Source: a virus
Taxonomy: Duplodnaviria; Heunggongvirae; Uroviricota; Caudoviricetes
Direction: 5' to 3' (one strand)
Virus record (IMG/VR): IMGVR_UViG_2778261122_000007
Location: 1-29,245 of that record
DNA length: 29,245 nt
The number at the start of each line of letters is the position of its first letter. Positions within the stretch are counted from its first letter, which is position 1. Both the position numbers and the translations under genes were made by a program. The notes beneath the pieces are model-generated. The model did not search any database and was not told the origin of the DNA. It was given only the letters and a program-made list of their open reading frames with translations. Below are positions 1 to 7,032 of the stretch, piece after piece.

Positions 1-567
1 TATCGCGTCCTCAACAATGAATTTTGTGATGCGGTGCCTGGTGCCTCCAGGTGACGTTAACCAGTTAACAATTAACGCCGGATACAGAGAATCCACCCAT
101 GACACTGTTTTTGGTTTTAACTGTTCCGCGTGCGCTCAGCCGCATTCACCGCATCACAAAATTCACTTTAAAAAGGGCGGCAGAGCAGTCACGGAGTAAA
201 ACTGATACCGCCAAACGTCACCAGAAAATTGATAACAGAGGGCGTTGCAGCGGGGTTGTCACTTAAGCGTATGGTCAACCTGACAACCCGGTGTCCTCAA
301 CGGGGAAGGAATAACCCCGCCATACTTACCGTCGCGCCATTTCGCGGAGTGCCACAACCGGAAGCGCACGGTCGAAGAAAATTTAACGACAGACTATCTA
401 TGAACCAGCAACCTCGCCGTGCGCTTTCGCGTTATGCTCTGACTTTTCAGGGAAATATCCTTTCAGTAAACTGTCAGTGCCGGATGCTGACCCGTGTCCG
501 GCGCACGCACTCCACCTCACCCGTGGAGAACTCCTTAATTACCAACCTTAGCTTCGTTGGTTAGCTA

Positions 568-786
568 TTAACGCGGGTATGTAATCATTCTGGCAATGCT
601 TAATGCCGCTGCTTTTTCCAGCCTGGTGATATCCTGCTCCAGAGCGGACAGGTTTTCAGCCTGCTTAGCCCTGGCTTCATTGGCCCATTTCAGATCCTGC
701 GCTGCATTAATTTTCTGGCGCATCCACTCATAAAGTTCATCATCGGTATAGTCTGGCGCGATGATGATGGGTTCTCGTTTCTGCAT
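568..786 (-). CDS. hypothetical small protein (72 aa), early-left operon
   Basis: Intact ORF from the track; AGGAG Shine-Dalgarno immediately upstream of the ATG on the reverse strand (787-800); ordinary codon usage; same orientation as the repressor. No family recognised. Confidence 0.5.
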   Translation of the reverse strand: MQKREPIIIAPDYTDDELYEWMRQKINAAQDLKWANEARAKQAENLSALEQDITRLEKAAALSIARMITYPR

Positions 787-857
787 GTCGGCTCCTTGTG
801 GTTAGCGTTGCCTGCTTTTAACCACGTCAGGCGAGGTGGTATCCTCTGAGGGGGCTG

Positions 858-1214
858 TTACTCGAGAGGAAATTGGTTATGAATACAATCAAGTTTTCTT
901 GCCCAGAATGTGGTGGCGAAGTCTTTGACACATCCTTTAAGCCGCAGGGCTCTGACAGTTTCGCGGGAGCCATCTGCAAAAATTGTGGTCACCTTGTAAC
1001 TGAAGATGAGTCCTCGCAGTTCGATGACGAAATCGTTGACAATATCTTCGGTGCACTCACCAGAGACTTTCTGAAGTAAAGGCGCATACCGCTTAGTTAC
1101 CGCTCTGATAACTCTTACCTGTCCGGCAATGGCGCTGATATCAATATAAAGCGCCATCGCTGTTTCTTTGCTGATCCCTGGACGCCTTCCATTCTGATGT
1201 TTGACTTCGCCCAC
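858..1214 (-). CDS. hypothetical protein (118 aa), possible first gene of a leftward PL-like operon; overlaps and may be mutually exclusive with 879-1079 (+)
   Basis: ORF from the track; GTG start at 1214 preceded by GAGGA; lies downstream of a candidate leftward promoter/operator at 1395-1445; contains several AGA/AGG/GGA codons, which weakens the call. Confidence 0.3.
   Translation of the reverse strand: MGEVKHQNGRRPGISKETAMALYIDISAIAGQVRVIRAVTKRYAPLLQKVSGECTEDIVNDFVIELRGLIFSYKVTTIFADGSRETVRALRLKGCVKDFATTFWARKLDCIHNQFPLE
879..1079 (+). CDS. small zinc-ribbon protein (67 aa; CPECGG ... CKNCGH)
   Basis: ATG at 879 with GAGAGGA Shine-Dalgarno at 864-870; two CxxC pairs about 27 residues apart, typical of a zinc ribbon; clean codon usage. 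Fully overlapped by the antisense ORF 858-1214. Confidence 0.4.
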   Translation: MNTIKFSCPECGGEVFDTSFKPQGSDSFAGAICKNCGHLVTEDESSQFDDEIVDNIFGALTRDFLK

Positions 1215-1394
1215 TGAGAAATCCTCTGTTTCCCCTTAACGCCGGGGTAGCGGAACAAAAACCTGCTGCATAGTTATTAAAGTTGAACCCTGCCGTCATG
1301 TTCTTACGCCTCAGGCTGGCTACTTAACCCCTGACCACTGCCGGGTAACTCGAAGTATTGCCCTGCATTCTGTGGGGCGGGGTGGGTGGCAGGT

Positions 1395-1445
1395 ATATAA
1401 TGTACTTTGCGTTCATTGTTGTAAAGTACTTTTAGTACATTTTGT
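1395..1445. promoter_or_regulatory. candidate OL/PL-like operator-promoter region downstream of the repressor gene
   Basis: AATGTACT at 1399-1406, its inverted copy AGTACATT at 1434-1441 and AAAGTACT at 1423-1430; TATAAT/TATATA at 1394-1400 readable on either strand; the same ATGTACT motif recurs at 1960-1966 and 1984-1990 on the other side of the repressor. Confidence 0.35.
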
Positions 1446-1515
1446 GTGTAAAAAAATGAGATGGGATAAAGTGAAGCACAAACCCGGAGGAAGGCACTAC
1501 CGGATTTATGCTGGT

Positions 1516-1935
1516 TTAAGAGGCTTTTTGTTTTTTCTTTCGTGCTAACTCTTCGTAAATTGCATTGTACTTCTGTTTTTTCTCTTCAAGAGTTTTTAAA
1601 AGTTCATCTGTCTCACTGTCAGGGAGCTCGTCCAGAAGGTCAATGATGATTTTTTGTCTTGGATTTAACTCCTGATAGAAACGTACCTGTCCACTTTCTT
1701 CTGTATCCTCTCCCAAAAGATAGGTTGGTGTTGTTCCTATTAGTGTTGCTAATTCCCTTAATTTCTCCCGGCGAGGAATTGTTTCGCCATTAAACCATTT
1801 GCTAACCGCTTTTGGTGTTAATTTCATTCGACGGGCAATTTCTGCCTGCCTTCCATGTTGTTCATAACCAGCGTTTTCACAGGCTAGCGCAAGCCTACTG
1901 GCGAACTCTTTACGCGCTTTATCTTCATGAACCAT
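1516..1935 (-). CDS. prophage repressor, XRE-family helix-turn-helix (DicA/CI-like)
   Basis: 139 aa; HTH segment (MKLTPKAVSKWFNGETIPRREKLRELATLIGTTPTYLL) followed by an acidic/coiled C-terminal tail, the same architecture as DicA as I recall it; divergent from a Cro-like gene. Confidence 0.85.
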   Translation of the reverse strand: MVHEDKARKEFASRLALACENAGYEQHGRQAEIARRMKLTPKAVSKWFNGETIPRREKLRELATLIGTTPTYLLGEDTEESGQVRFYQELNPRQKIIIDLLDELPDSETDELLKTLEEKKQKYNAIYEELARKKKQKAS

Positions 1936-2014
1936 AAGTTCAATGATATTCGCTCTTGAATGTACTGTCAGTTCTGTTATAGCATGTACTCAAAGTTCAC
2001 ATTGTGAGGGTGAT
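1936..2014. promoter_or_regulatory. divergent promoter/operator region between repressor and cro-like gene (OR-like)
   Basis: 79-bp gap between divergent genes; direct repeats of ATGTACT at 1960-1966 and 1984-1990; inverted repeat TCACA-TT-TGTGA around 1996-2006; GAGGG Shine-Dalgarno at 2005-2009. Confidence 0.5.
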
Positions 2015-2269
2015 ATGAACCAGAAAACACTTGAAGATGTAATCAAAACTGTTCGCGTTGCTGTTGTGGCCGACGTTTGTGGTGTCAGCCAAAGAGCAAT
2101 CTATAAATGGATGGATAACGGGAAATTGCCTCGCACAGAATATACCGGCGAAACAAATTACGCTGAAAAAATCGCTCTTGCATCAAACGGATTATTTTCT
2201 GCCGATGCAATTTTAACTATTGGCAGGAATAAAACTACTACGAAAAAGCTGATGGGAGTTGATTCATGA
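2015..2269 (+). CDS. Cro/DicC/YdaS-family small HTH regulator
   Basis: 84 aa from ATG 2015 (the track ORF starts earlier at 1943); GAGGG Shine-Dalgarno 5 nt upstream; HTH-like segment CGVSQRAIYKWMDNGKLP; divergent from the repressor. Confidence 0.75.
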   Translation: MNQKTLEDVIKTVRVAVVADVCGVSQRAIYKWMDNGKLPRTEYTGETNYAEKIALASNGLFSADAILTIGRNKTTTKKLMGVDS

Positions 2270-2691
2270 AAATCAAGCATGAACACATCCGCATGGCGAT
2301 GAATGACTGGGCGCGTCCTGATGGTGAAAAAGTTCCGGCAGCTGGAATAACCCAGGCTTATTTTGAGTTGGGTATGACGTTTCCTGAACTGTACGACGAC
2401 AGCCATCCGGAAGCCCTGGCTCGCAATACCCAGAAAATTTTCCGCTGGATAGAGAAAGACACCCCTGATGCAGTTGAAAAAATTCAGGCGTTGTTACCAG
2501 CGATCGAAAAGGCAATGCCACCTTTGCTGGTGGCCAGAATGCGCAGCCACAGTTCAGCTTATTTTCGGGAGCTGGTGGAGACGCGGGAGCGACTGGTGAG
2601 AGACGCTGATGATTTTGTCGCAGTGGCAATCGCCGGTTTCAATCAGATGAACCGTGGTGGCCCGGCAGGAAATGCTGTGGCAGTACATTGA
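2266..2691 (+). CDS. YdaT-like protein (CII-like regulator/toxin family of Rac-type prophages)
   Basis: 141 aa; start overlaps the upstream stop (ATGA); N-terminus MKIKHEHI and C-terminal ...VH match my recollection of Rac YdaT; position after the cro-like gene is as in Rac (ydaS-ydaT-ydaU). Confidence 0.65.
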   Translation: MKIKHEHIRMAMNDWARPDGEKVPAAGITQAYFELGMTFPELYDDSHPEALARNTQKIFRWIEKDTPDAVEKIQALLPAIEKAMPPLLVARMRSHSSAYFRELVETRERLVRDADDFVAVAIAGFNQMNRGGPAGNAVAVH

Positions 2692-2762
2692 CTGACAATA
2701 GCCATATCGAATCGCTTCCGGCAACTCGTGAGTAAAAAGATTCGGTATCAGAAGAGGTGAGT

Positions 2763-3833
2763 ATGGCTAACGCCTGGCTCAGATTATGGCATGACATGCC
2801 AAATGACCCTAAGTGGCGAACAATTGCCAGGGTGTCAGGGCAGCCAATTGCAACAGTGATGGCAGTGTATATCCACCTCCTGGTGAGTGCGTCACGAAAT
2901 GTCACGCGAGGTCACATTGATGTCACGACAGAAGATTTGGCAAGTGCGCTCGACGTGACAGAAGAGGTAATTGATTCAATTTTGCAGACGATGCAGGGGC
3001 GGGTACTTGATGGTGATTTAATCACTGGATGGGAAAAACGCCAGGTGCTTAAAGAGGACAACGGCAATATTTCGCAAACCGCAAAATCTCCTGCAGAGCG
3101 CAAGAGGGCGCAGCGAGAGAGGGAAAGAAAGCGGGAACAAAATGGCGATTGTCACGGCGCGTCACGAAATGTCACGCACATGTCACGACGAGTCACGACA
3201 GATAAAGATACAGATAAAGATACAGATCAAGAAGATCAAAACACTATGGTCCATGGCGTAAAAAACGCCACGAACCAGGCAGGGGATGTTCAGACCGTCA
3301 ATCCTGGTCAGCCAGCAGGCACGACACCGGAAGCCGATTCAGCGTATGCGCTGAAAGCCGATTCGGGCGCTGTGCAGCAGGCGATGACCGCAGGGTCGGA
3401 GCAATCACACCAACTGCAGCAGCCTGAAGCCGATTCCGCCATTCAGCGGGAAGCCGATCGGGTAGTCCCGAAAAACACCGGGCAGCCTGTGGGACGAGTG
3501 GATTATCCGGATGTGTTCGAACAGATCTGGCGGGAGTACCCGTTGCGTGCCGGGGCAAACCCGAAGAAATCCGCTTTCAGTGCCTGGAAGGCCAGATTAC
3601 GCGAGGGGGTGCCACCAGAGGCCATGCTGGATGGCGTGAGGCGTTACGCAAGATACCTAGCGGTTACCGGGAAAACGGGAACGGAATTTGTTCAGCGGGC
3701 GACGACGTTTTTTGGACCGGACCGGAATTTTGAAAACCCCTGGTTGCTCCCGGTAAGCGGCACGAACAACCAGCGTTGTGTGAATCATATTTCTGAACCG
3801 GATACCGAAATTCCGCCGGGCTTCAGGGGGTAA
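2763..3833 (+). CDS. replication initiation protein (lambda O / YdaU-like), with internal iterons
   Basis: 356 aa from ATG 2763 (GAAGAGG Shine-Dalgarno; the track begins at GTG 2757); position after the cro/cII-like genes; contains two GTCACG iteron arrays and an adjacent tandem repeat, as lambda O contains its origin; basic/acidic low-complexity linker. Confidence 0.7.
   Translation: MANAWLRLWHDMPNDPKWRTIARVSGQPIATVMAVYIHLLVSASRNVTRGHIDVTTEDLASALDVTEEVIDSILQTMQGRVLDGDLITGWEKRQVLKEDNGNISQTAKSPAERKRAQRERERKREQNGDCHGASRNVTHMSRRVTTDKDTDKDTDQEDQNTMVHGVKNATNQAGDVQTVNPGQPAGTTPEADSAYALKADSGAVQQAMTAGSEQSHQLQQPEADSAIQREADRVVPKNTGQPVGRVDYPDVFEQIWREYPLRAGANPKKSAFSAWKARLREGVPPEAMLDGVRRYARYLAVTGKTGTEFVQRATTFFGPDRNFENPWLLPVSGTNNQRCVNHISEPDTEIPPGFRG
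2889..2959. repeat. iteron array 1: GTCAC(G/A) at 2891, 2901, 2911, 2922 (10-11 bp phasing) plus an inverted copy at 2954-2959
   Basis: Counted directly from the sequence; the 19-mer GCGTCACGAAATGTCACGC at 2889-2907 is repeated exactly at 3159-3177. Confidence 0.75.
3151..3197. repeat. iteron array 2: GTCACG at 3151, 3161, 3171, 3182, 3192 (10-11 bp phasing)
   Basis: Counted directly from the sequence; five helically phased copies; encodes the repeated RNVT/RRVT peptide motif in frame. Confidence 0.75.
3201..3228. repeat. tandem repeat GATAAAGATACA (about 2.3 copies), A/T-rich, immediately after iteron array 2
   Basis: Seen directly (gataaagataca gataaagataca gatc); encodes DKDTDKDTD; its position matches the A/T-rich unwinding element next to the iterons in lambda ori. 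Confidence 0.6.
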
Positions 3834-3873
3834 GTGTTTATTTCAGCTCATGAGGTAATTATCAGGAGGAGTT

Positions 3874-4299
3874 GTGGCAAAAGTTTTTACACAAGAAGAG
3901 CGGGAAAAAATTAAAGGGCAGGTTGTTGAACTTGTACGCCAGAGTGGGCGCGAGACGTTACGGCAACTGGAAGCCAAGACAGGTGCGACAAGATATTTGA
4001 TGAGTGTTCTCGCCAGAGAGCTGGTTGCCAGTGGCGATGTATACAATTCTGGCTACGGGTTATTCCCGTCTGAACAGGCTCGTAAAGACTGGCAAAACGC
4101 CCGCAAAAAATTATCGAGGGCAAAGCTGAAGAAACCGGTTGTGGTTGATCCGGACCTTATGTGGTCATTACCAGATGGAGAAATACGTCGCTACGACAGG
4201 CACCTGAATATAATCTGTCGCGAGTGCCGGGAGAGCGAAGTTATGCAGCGCATACTGGCATTTTATCAAGGAAATGTTAGGTATTTTAGACGTTACTAG
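3874..4299 (+). CDS. hypothetical protein (141 aa), possibly winged-helix-like
   Basis: ORF from the track with AGGAGG Shine-Dalgarno upstream (3862-3867); sits where a helicase loader (lambda P / DnaC-like) would be expected but is far too small and has no ATPase motifs. Confidence 0.55.
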   Translation: MAKVFTQEEREKIKGQVVELVRQSGRETLRQLEAKTGATRYLMSVLARELVASGDVYNSGYGLFPSEQARKDWQNARKKLSRAKLKKPVVVDPDLMWSLPDGEIRRYDRHLNIICRECRESEVMQRILAFYQGNVRYFRRY

Positions 4300-4527
4300 A
4301 TTAAAGAGCATTAGTTCAGATGTGAATTGACATTTTCATGGCGCAGGGTAGAGCTAGCGTGGTAGTTTTCTTTGTGCCAGAAACGGCATTTGCAAATATG
4401 GCCATGCGCTGTCACTTAGAGAGGAGCACAGGATTTACCTGTGCTCAAGTTCAATAGTAAAGATGAAAATATTATGAAGATGGTGGGGGAAATGTAACTG
4501 CAGTAATACTTTGTGCAAAAGTAGTAA

Positions 4528-5034
4528 TTATTTCTTTGCAGCCAGAATCAGGCCGTCAAGCCACTCCTGGTGACCATTGAGCATTGGGTTCGGACGAGTA
4601 TTTGCCAGGTCTTTTGCTGGAACTCCGTTCTGCGTTTCCTGTGTCAGGATACGGAGTCTGTTACCCGAGAGTTCCTCCAGTAGCCACGCATGATGAACAT
4701 CTAGGCGTTGTACAGTATCTTTTTCACCGGACCATCCGTGCCATGCCAAACGAGCAGGTTTACCTTCAGTAGGTGGAATAAATTCCACGACCTGAGCTTC
4801 AACCGGAAATCCAAATGTGCTGAAGTAAAAGCGCACGCCATTTTCCAGCTCCGGACCTTTATTGTTATAAAAGCGCACATCTGCTGAATTTTTATAGTAT
4901 TCCGGCCATAGTAATGGCTGACTAAGGAGTGGCCAAACATCATTGATGTTCAGACCGGAGATGATCATTTCATTAGACACAAAGTTATCAGTAAATCCCG
5001 GAACAAAGCCTTCTGGCCAGTGAATAGCGTTCAT
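4528..5034 (-). CDS. SRPBCC (Bet v1-like / polyketide cyclase-like) family protein
   Basis: 168 aa from ATG at 5034 (GGAGG Shine-Dalgarno on the reverse strand; the track ORF starts at TTG 5046); aromatic-rich composition typical of SRPBCC ligand-binding folds; family assigned by recognition, not by search. Confidence 0.7.
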   Translation of the reverse strand: MNAIHWPEGFVPGFTDNFVSNEMIISGLNINDVWPLLSQPLLWPEYYKNSADVRFYNNKGPELENGVRFYFSTFGFPVEAQVVEFIPPTEGKPARLAWHGWSGEKDTVQRLDVHHAWLLEELSGNRLRILTQETQNGVPAKDLANTRPNPMLNGHQEWLDGLILAAKK

Positions 5035-5169
5035 AAATGCCTCCAATTGCGGTAGTTAATTGTACTGGGTTTGCTGCGTTACGACCGCAACACGATGGCA
5101 GTGATTATTAGCGCAATGAAGTTATAAGGCGAATTATGATTACTTATAATCTTAATAAGATAAATTATA

Positions 5170-6078
5170 TCAGGAGCCAGTATCTTGGCTAACTTCTACG
5201 CATAAAGCCCGAATCCACTGATGGCTAGGGTCACGATGAGTTCGTTCATGCCAGGCCATACTCTTGGTAAAGCCCGGAACTTTCAGGGGCAAAGGGAGTA
5301 TGATTAGATCGTTGTTAGTCAGGACCATGCGGTGGGGGACAACAGCGATCATATCAGTCACTTGCAATATATCAGGAACTACTTGAAAACTATTAACTGA
5401 CATGCCTACTCGTCGTGTCAGACTGAGCTTAGCCAGTGCTTCATCTGTAACACCGGAGAAGCTACCTTCTGAAGACACCAGAATATGTTCCTGTTTGCAA
5501 AATTGTTCGAGAGTCATTTCTGAATTCGCTGACAACGGATGATTCCGTCGTGCTATGCAAACATAATCTTCTTCATAAAGTGCTCTGCCGTGCAGCTCTC
5601 CGGGAGTGGTTTGTGGTGTTACCAAAGCCAGATCAACTTCTCCCTGAGATAACTGCTGATATATTCGTTTATTGTCTACAGGCCGCACAGAGATTTTAAT
5701 ATTCGGTGCTCGATGTTTCAGCGCAGCCATCAATGGGACAACAACAGCCTTAACTGCATAGTCCGTTGCGACAATGGTATAAGTTAGTTCTGCCGTCATG
5801 GGGTCAAATTTACTTGGTTTCAGCAGAATCGCGATATCGGTGAGAATTTGTTTTACCGGCATAGCAAGCTCTTTGGCACGTAGTGTGGGAACCATACCGT
5901 GACTGGTGCGAACAAAGAGAGGATCGCAAAAATAATCACGTAATCGAATAAGCATGCCACTGACAGCGGGCTGCGTCAGGGAGAGTCGCTGCGCAGCCCG
6001 AGTCACGCTTCCCTCATCCATTAACGCATCAAAGGTCTTAAGTAAGTTAAGGTCGAGGGTTTTGATATCATTTTTCAT
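5170..6078 (-). CDS. LysR-family transcriptional regulator
   Basis: 302 aa; canonical LysR N-terminal HTH (LNLLKTFDALMDEGSVTRAAQRLSLTQPAVSGMLIRLRDYF) followed by a substrate-binding domain. Confidence 0.9.
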   Translation of the reverse strand: MKNDIKTLDLNLLKTFDALMDEGSVTRAAQRLSLTQPAVSGMLIRLRDYFCDPLFVRTSHGMVPTLRAKELAMPVKQILTDIAILLKPSKFDPMTAELTYTIVATDYAVKAVVVPLMAALKHRAPNIKISVRPVDNKRIYQQLSQGEVDLALVTPQTTPGELHGRALYEEDYVCIARRNHPLSANSEMTLEQFCKQEHILVSSEGSFSGVTDEALAKLSLTRRVGMSVNSFQVVPDILQVTDMIAVVPHRMVLTNNDLIILPLPLKVPGFTKSMAWHERTHRDPSHQWIRALCVEVSQDTGS

Positions 6079-6409
6079 AATGAGGTCACCTGACAGATAT
6101 AAAAATGTTGATTGAGGCTAATTGCCCCGATGAAGGTTGTCGAGGGGAACCAGGAGTTTTTTCTTTTGGGTGATTTCCATTGCTGGATAGTTCCCTTGTA
6201 CAGATAAGTCCGTTCTTCGCACAAAGCGGACTGGAAGGTTAGCTTGAGTCGGACTTTGCGTATTAGAAGAAGTGCTGGTGGTGACTGGTTCTTGAGCCCC
6301 ATTTCCCCAGAAAAAATCAGAGAAACTATACCCAATAGTTGTATTGATTCACTGACGAGACGGCCTCATATTGATAGGGACTAGTGTGCATCCAATACAG
6401 GAGGTTGTT

Positions 6410-6499
6410 GTGCTGGTTCTCAAATGTGCGCTGGCTATTGCGGCTGTAATGGCAATTTATTGTCTTTCTGTTGTTCTTATGGATCGCCTTTCTGATTGA
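6410..6499 (+). CDS. candidate small hydrophobic membrane peptide (29 aa; MLVLKCALAIAAVMAIYCLSVVLMDRLSD)
   Basis: Not in the ORF track (shorter than 60 aa). Strong CAGGAGG Shine-Dalgarno at 6398-6404, 5 nt before GTG 6410; single predicted transmembrane helix; lies upstream of hok. Confidence 0.35.
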   Translation: MLVLKCALAIAAVMAIYCLSVVLMDRLSD

Positions 6500-6653
6500 T
6501 TTCATATTGGCGAGGTAACGGTAGTTAAGTAGAATTGCTGCGGGTGCTTGAGGCTATCTGCCTCGGGCATGAACACCAACGGCAGATAGAGAAAAGCCCC
6601 AGTTAACATTACGCGTCCTGCAAGACGTTTAACATTAATCTGAGGCCATATCT

Positions 6654-6713
6654 ATGCGACACATAGAGATTAGCCTCTTACGGACCGAAAGGTCAAGGAG
6701 AAGCAGGCTATGA
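6654..6713 (+). CDS. mok-like leader ORF (19 codons) translationally coupled to hok
   Basis: ATG 6654 to TGA 6711-6713; the stop overlaps the hok start (ctATGa). Classic mok is longer, so this is an inference. Confidence 0.3.
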   Translation: MRHIEISLLRTERSRRSRL

Positions 6714-6865
6714 AGCAGCAAAAGGCGATGCTAATCGCCCTGATCGTCATCTGTTTAACCGTCATAGTGACGGCACTGGTAACGAGGAAAGACCTCTGCG
6801 AGGTACGAATCCGAACCGGCCAGACGGAGGTCGCTGTCTTCACAGCTTACGAACCTGAGGAGTAA
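6710..6865 (+). CDS. hok: Hok/Gef-family type I toxin (51 aa), HokD/RelF-like
   Basis: Not in the ORF track. Translation MKQQKAMLIALIVICLTVIVTALVTRKDLCEVRIRTGQTEVAVFTAYEPEE has the Hok signature (TM helix, TRK.LCE.R motif, conserved Cys); matches HokD as I recall it; structured leader upstream and terminator downstream. Confidence 0.85.
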   Translation: MKQQKAMLIALIVICLTVIVTALVTRKDLCEVRIRTGQTEVAVFTAYEPEE

Positions 6866-6933
6866 GAGACCAGGCGGGGGAGAAATCCCTCGCCACCTCT
6901 GATGTGTCAGGCATCCTCAACGCACCCGCACTT

Positions 6934-6960
6934 AACCCGCTTCGGCGGGTTTTGTTTTTT
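6934..6960 (+). terminator. rho-independent terminator downstream of hok
   Basis: AACCCGC-TTCG-GCGGGTT hairpin followed by TTTGTTTTTT. Confidence 0.7.
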
Positions 6961-7032
6961 CCTAGCATTCTGGTTTACAATTCGCACGCCAGCCTGAACA
7001 ACTGGCACCTGCTGCGCCAGCAGAGACAACCG

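Noticed and set aside
17-564. Track ORFs 17-199 (+, 60 aa) and 229-564 (+, 111 aa) at the left edge
   Set aside because: Arg/Cys/His/Pro-rich, non-protein-like composition and no convincing Shine-Dalgarno. The region contains short hairpins (for example CGGGG-N9-CCCCG near 300-320, and ACCAAC/GTTGGT at 541-561) and is more likely untranslated early-left leader or holds genes under 60 aa that I cannot resolve by eye.
1457-1555. Short + strand ORF starting at ATG 1457 and overlapping the 3' end of the repressor gene
   Set aside because: No Shine-Dalgarno, the translation ends in a Leu/Phe-rich low-complexity stretch, and the region is better explained as the OL/PL-like control region plus the repressor 3' end.
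2273-2629. Minus-strand 118-aa ORF overlapping the YdaT-like gene
   Set aside because: Antisense to a gene with recognisable family features; Pro/Cys-rich translation; no ribosome-binding site noted.
2889-3197. Whether the regularly spaced GTCACG repeats could be a CRISPR array
   Set aside because: The repeats are 6-19 bp with 10-11 bp phasing and no unique spacers of 28-40 bp, lie inside a coding sequence, and there are no cas genes; iterons fit better.
4300-4527. TTGACA hexamer at 4327-4332 as a possible promoter in the gap after the 3874-4299 gene
   Set aside because: No acceptable -10 element at 16-18 bp spacing; no downstream ORF with a Shine-Dalgarno in the right orientation.
6075-6335. 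Minus-strand ORF (86 aa) immediately upstream of and overlapping the LysR start
   Set aside because: Low-complexity translation (LLLIRKVRLKLTF...), no family resemblance, and it lies in the LysR promoter region; probably spurious.
6904-7032. 5' extension of the track ORF 6904-7311
   Set aside because: This portion spans the hok intrinsic terminator (6934-6960) and its T-run, so translation is unlikely to start at 6904; the ATG at 7033 is used instead.
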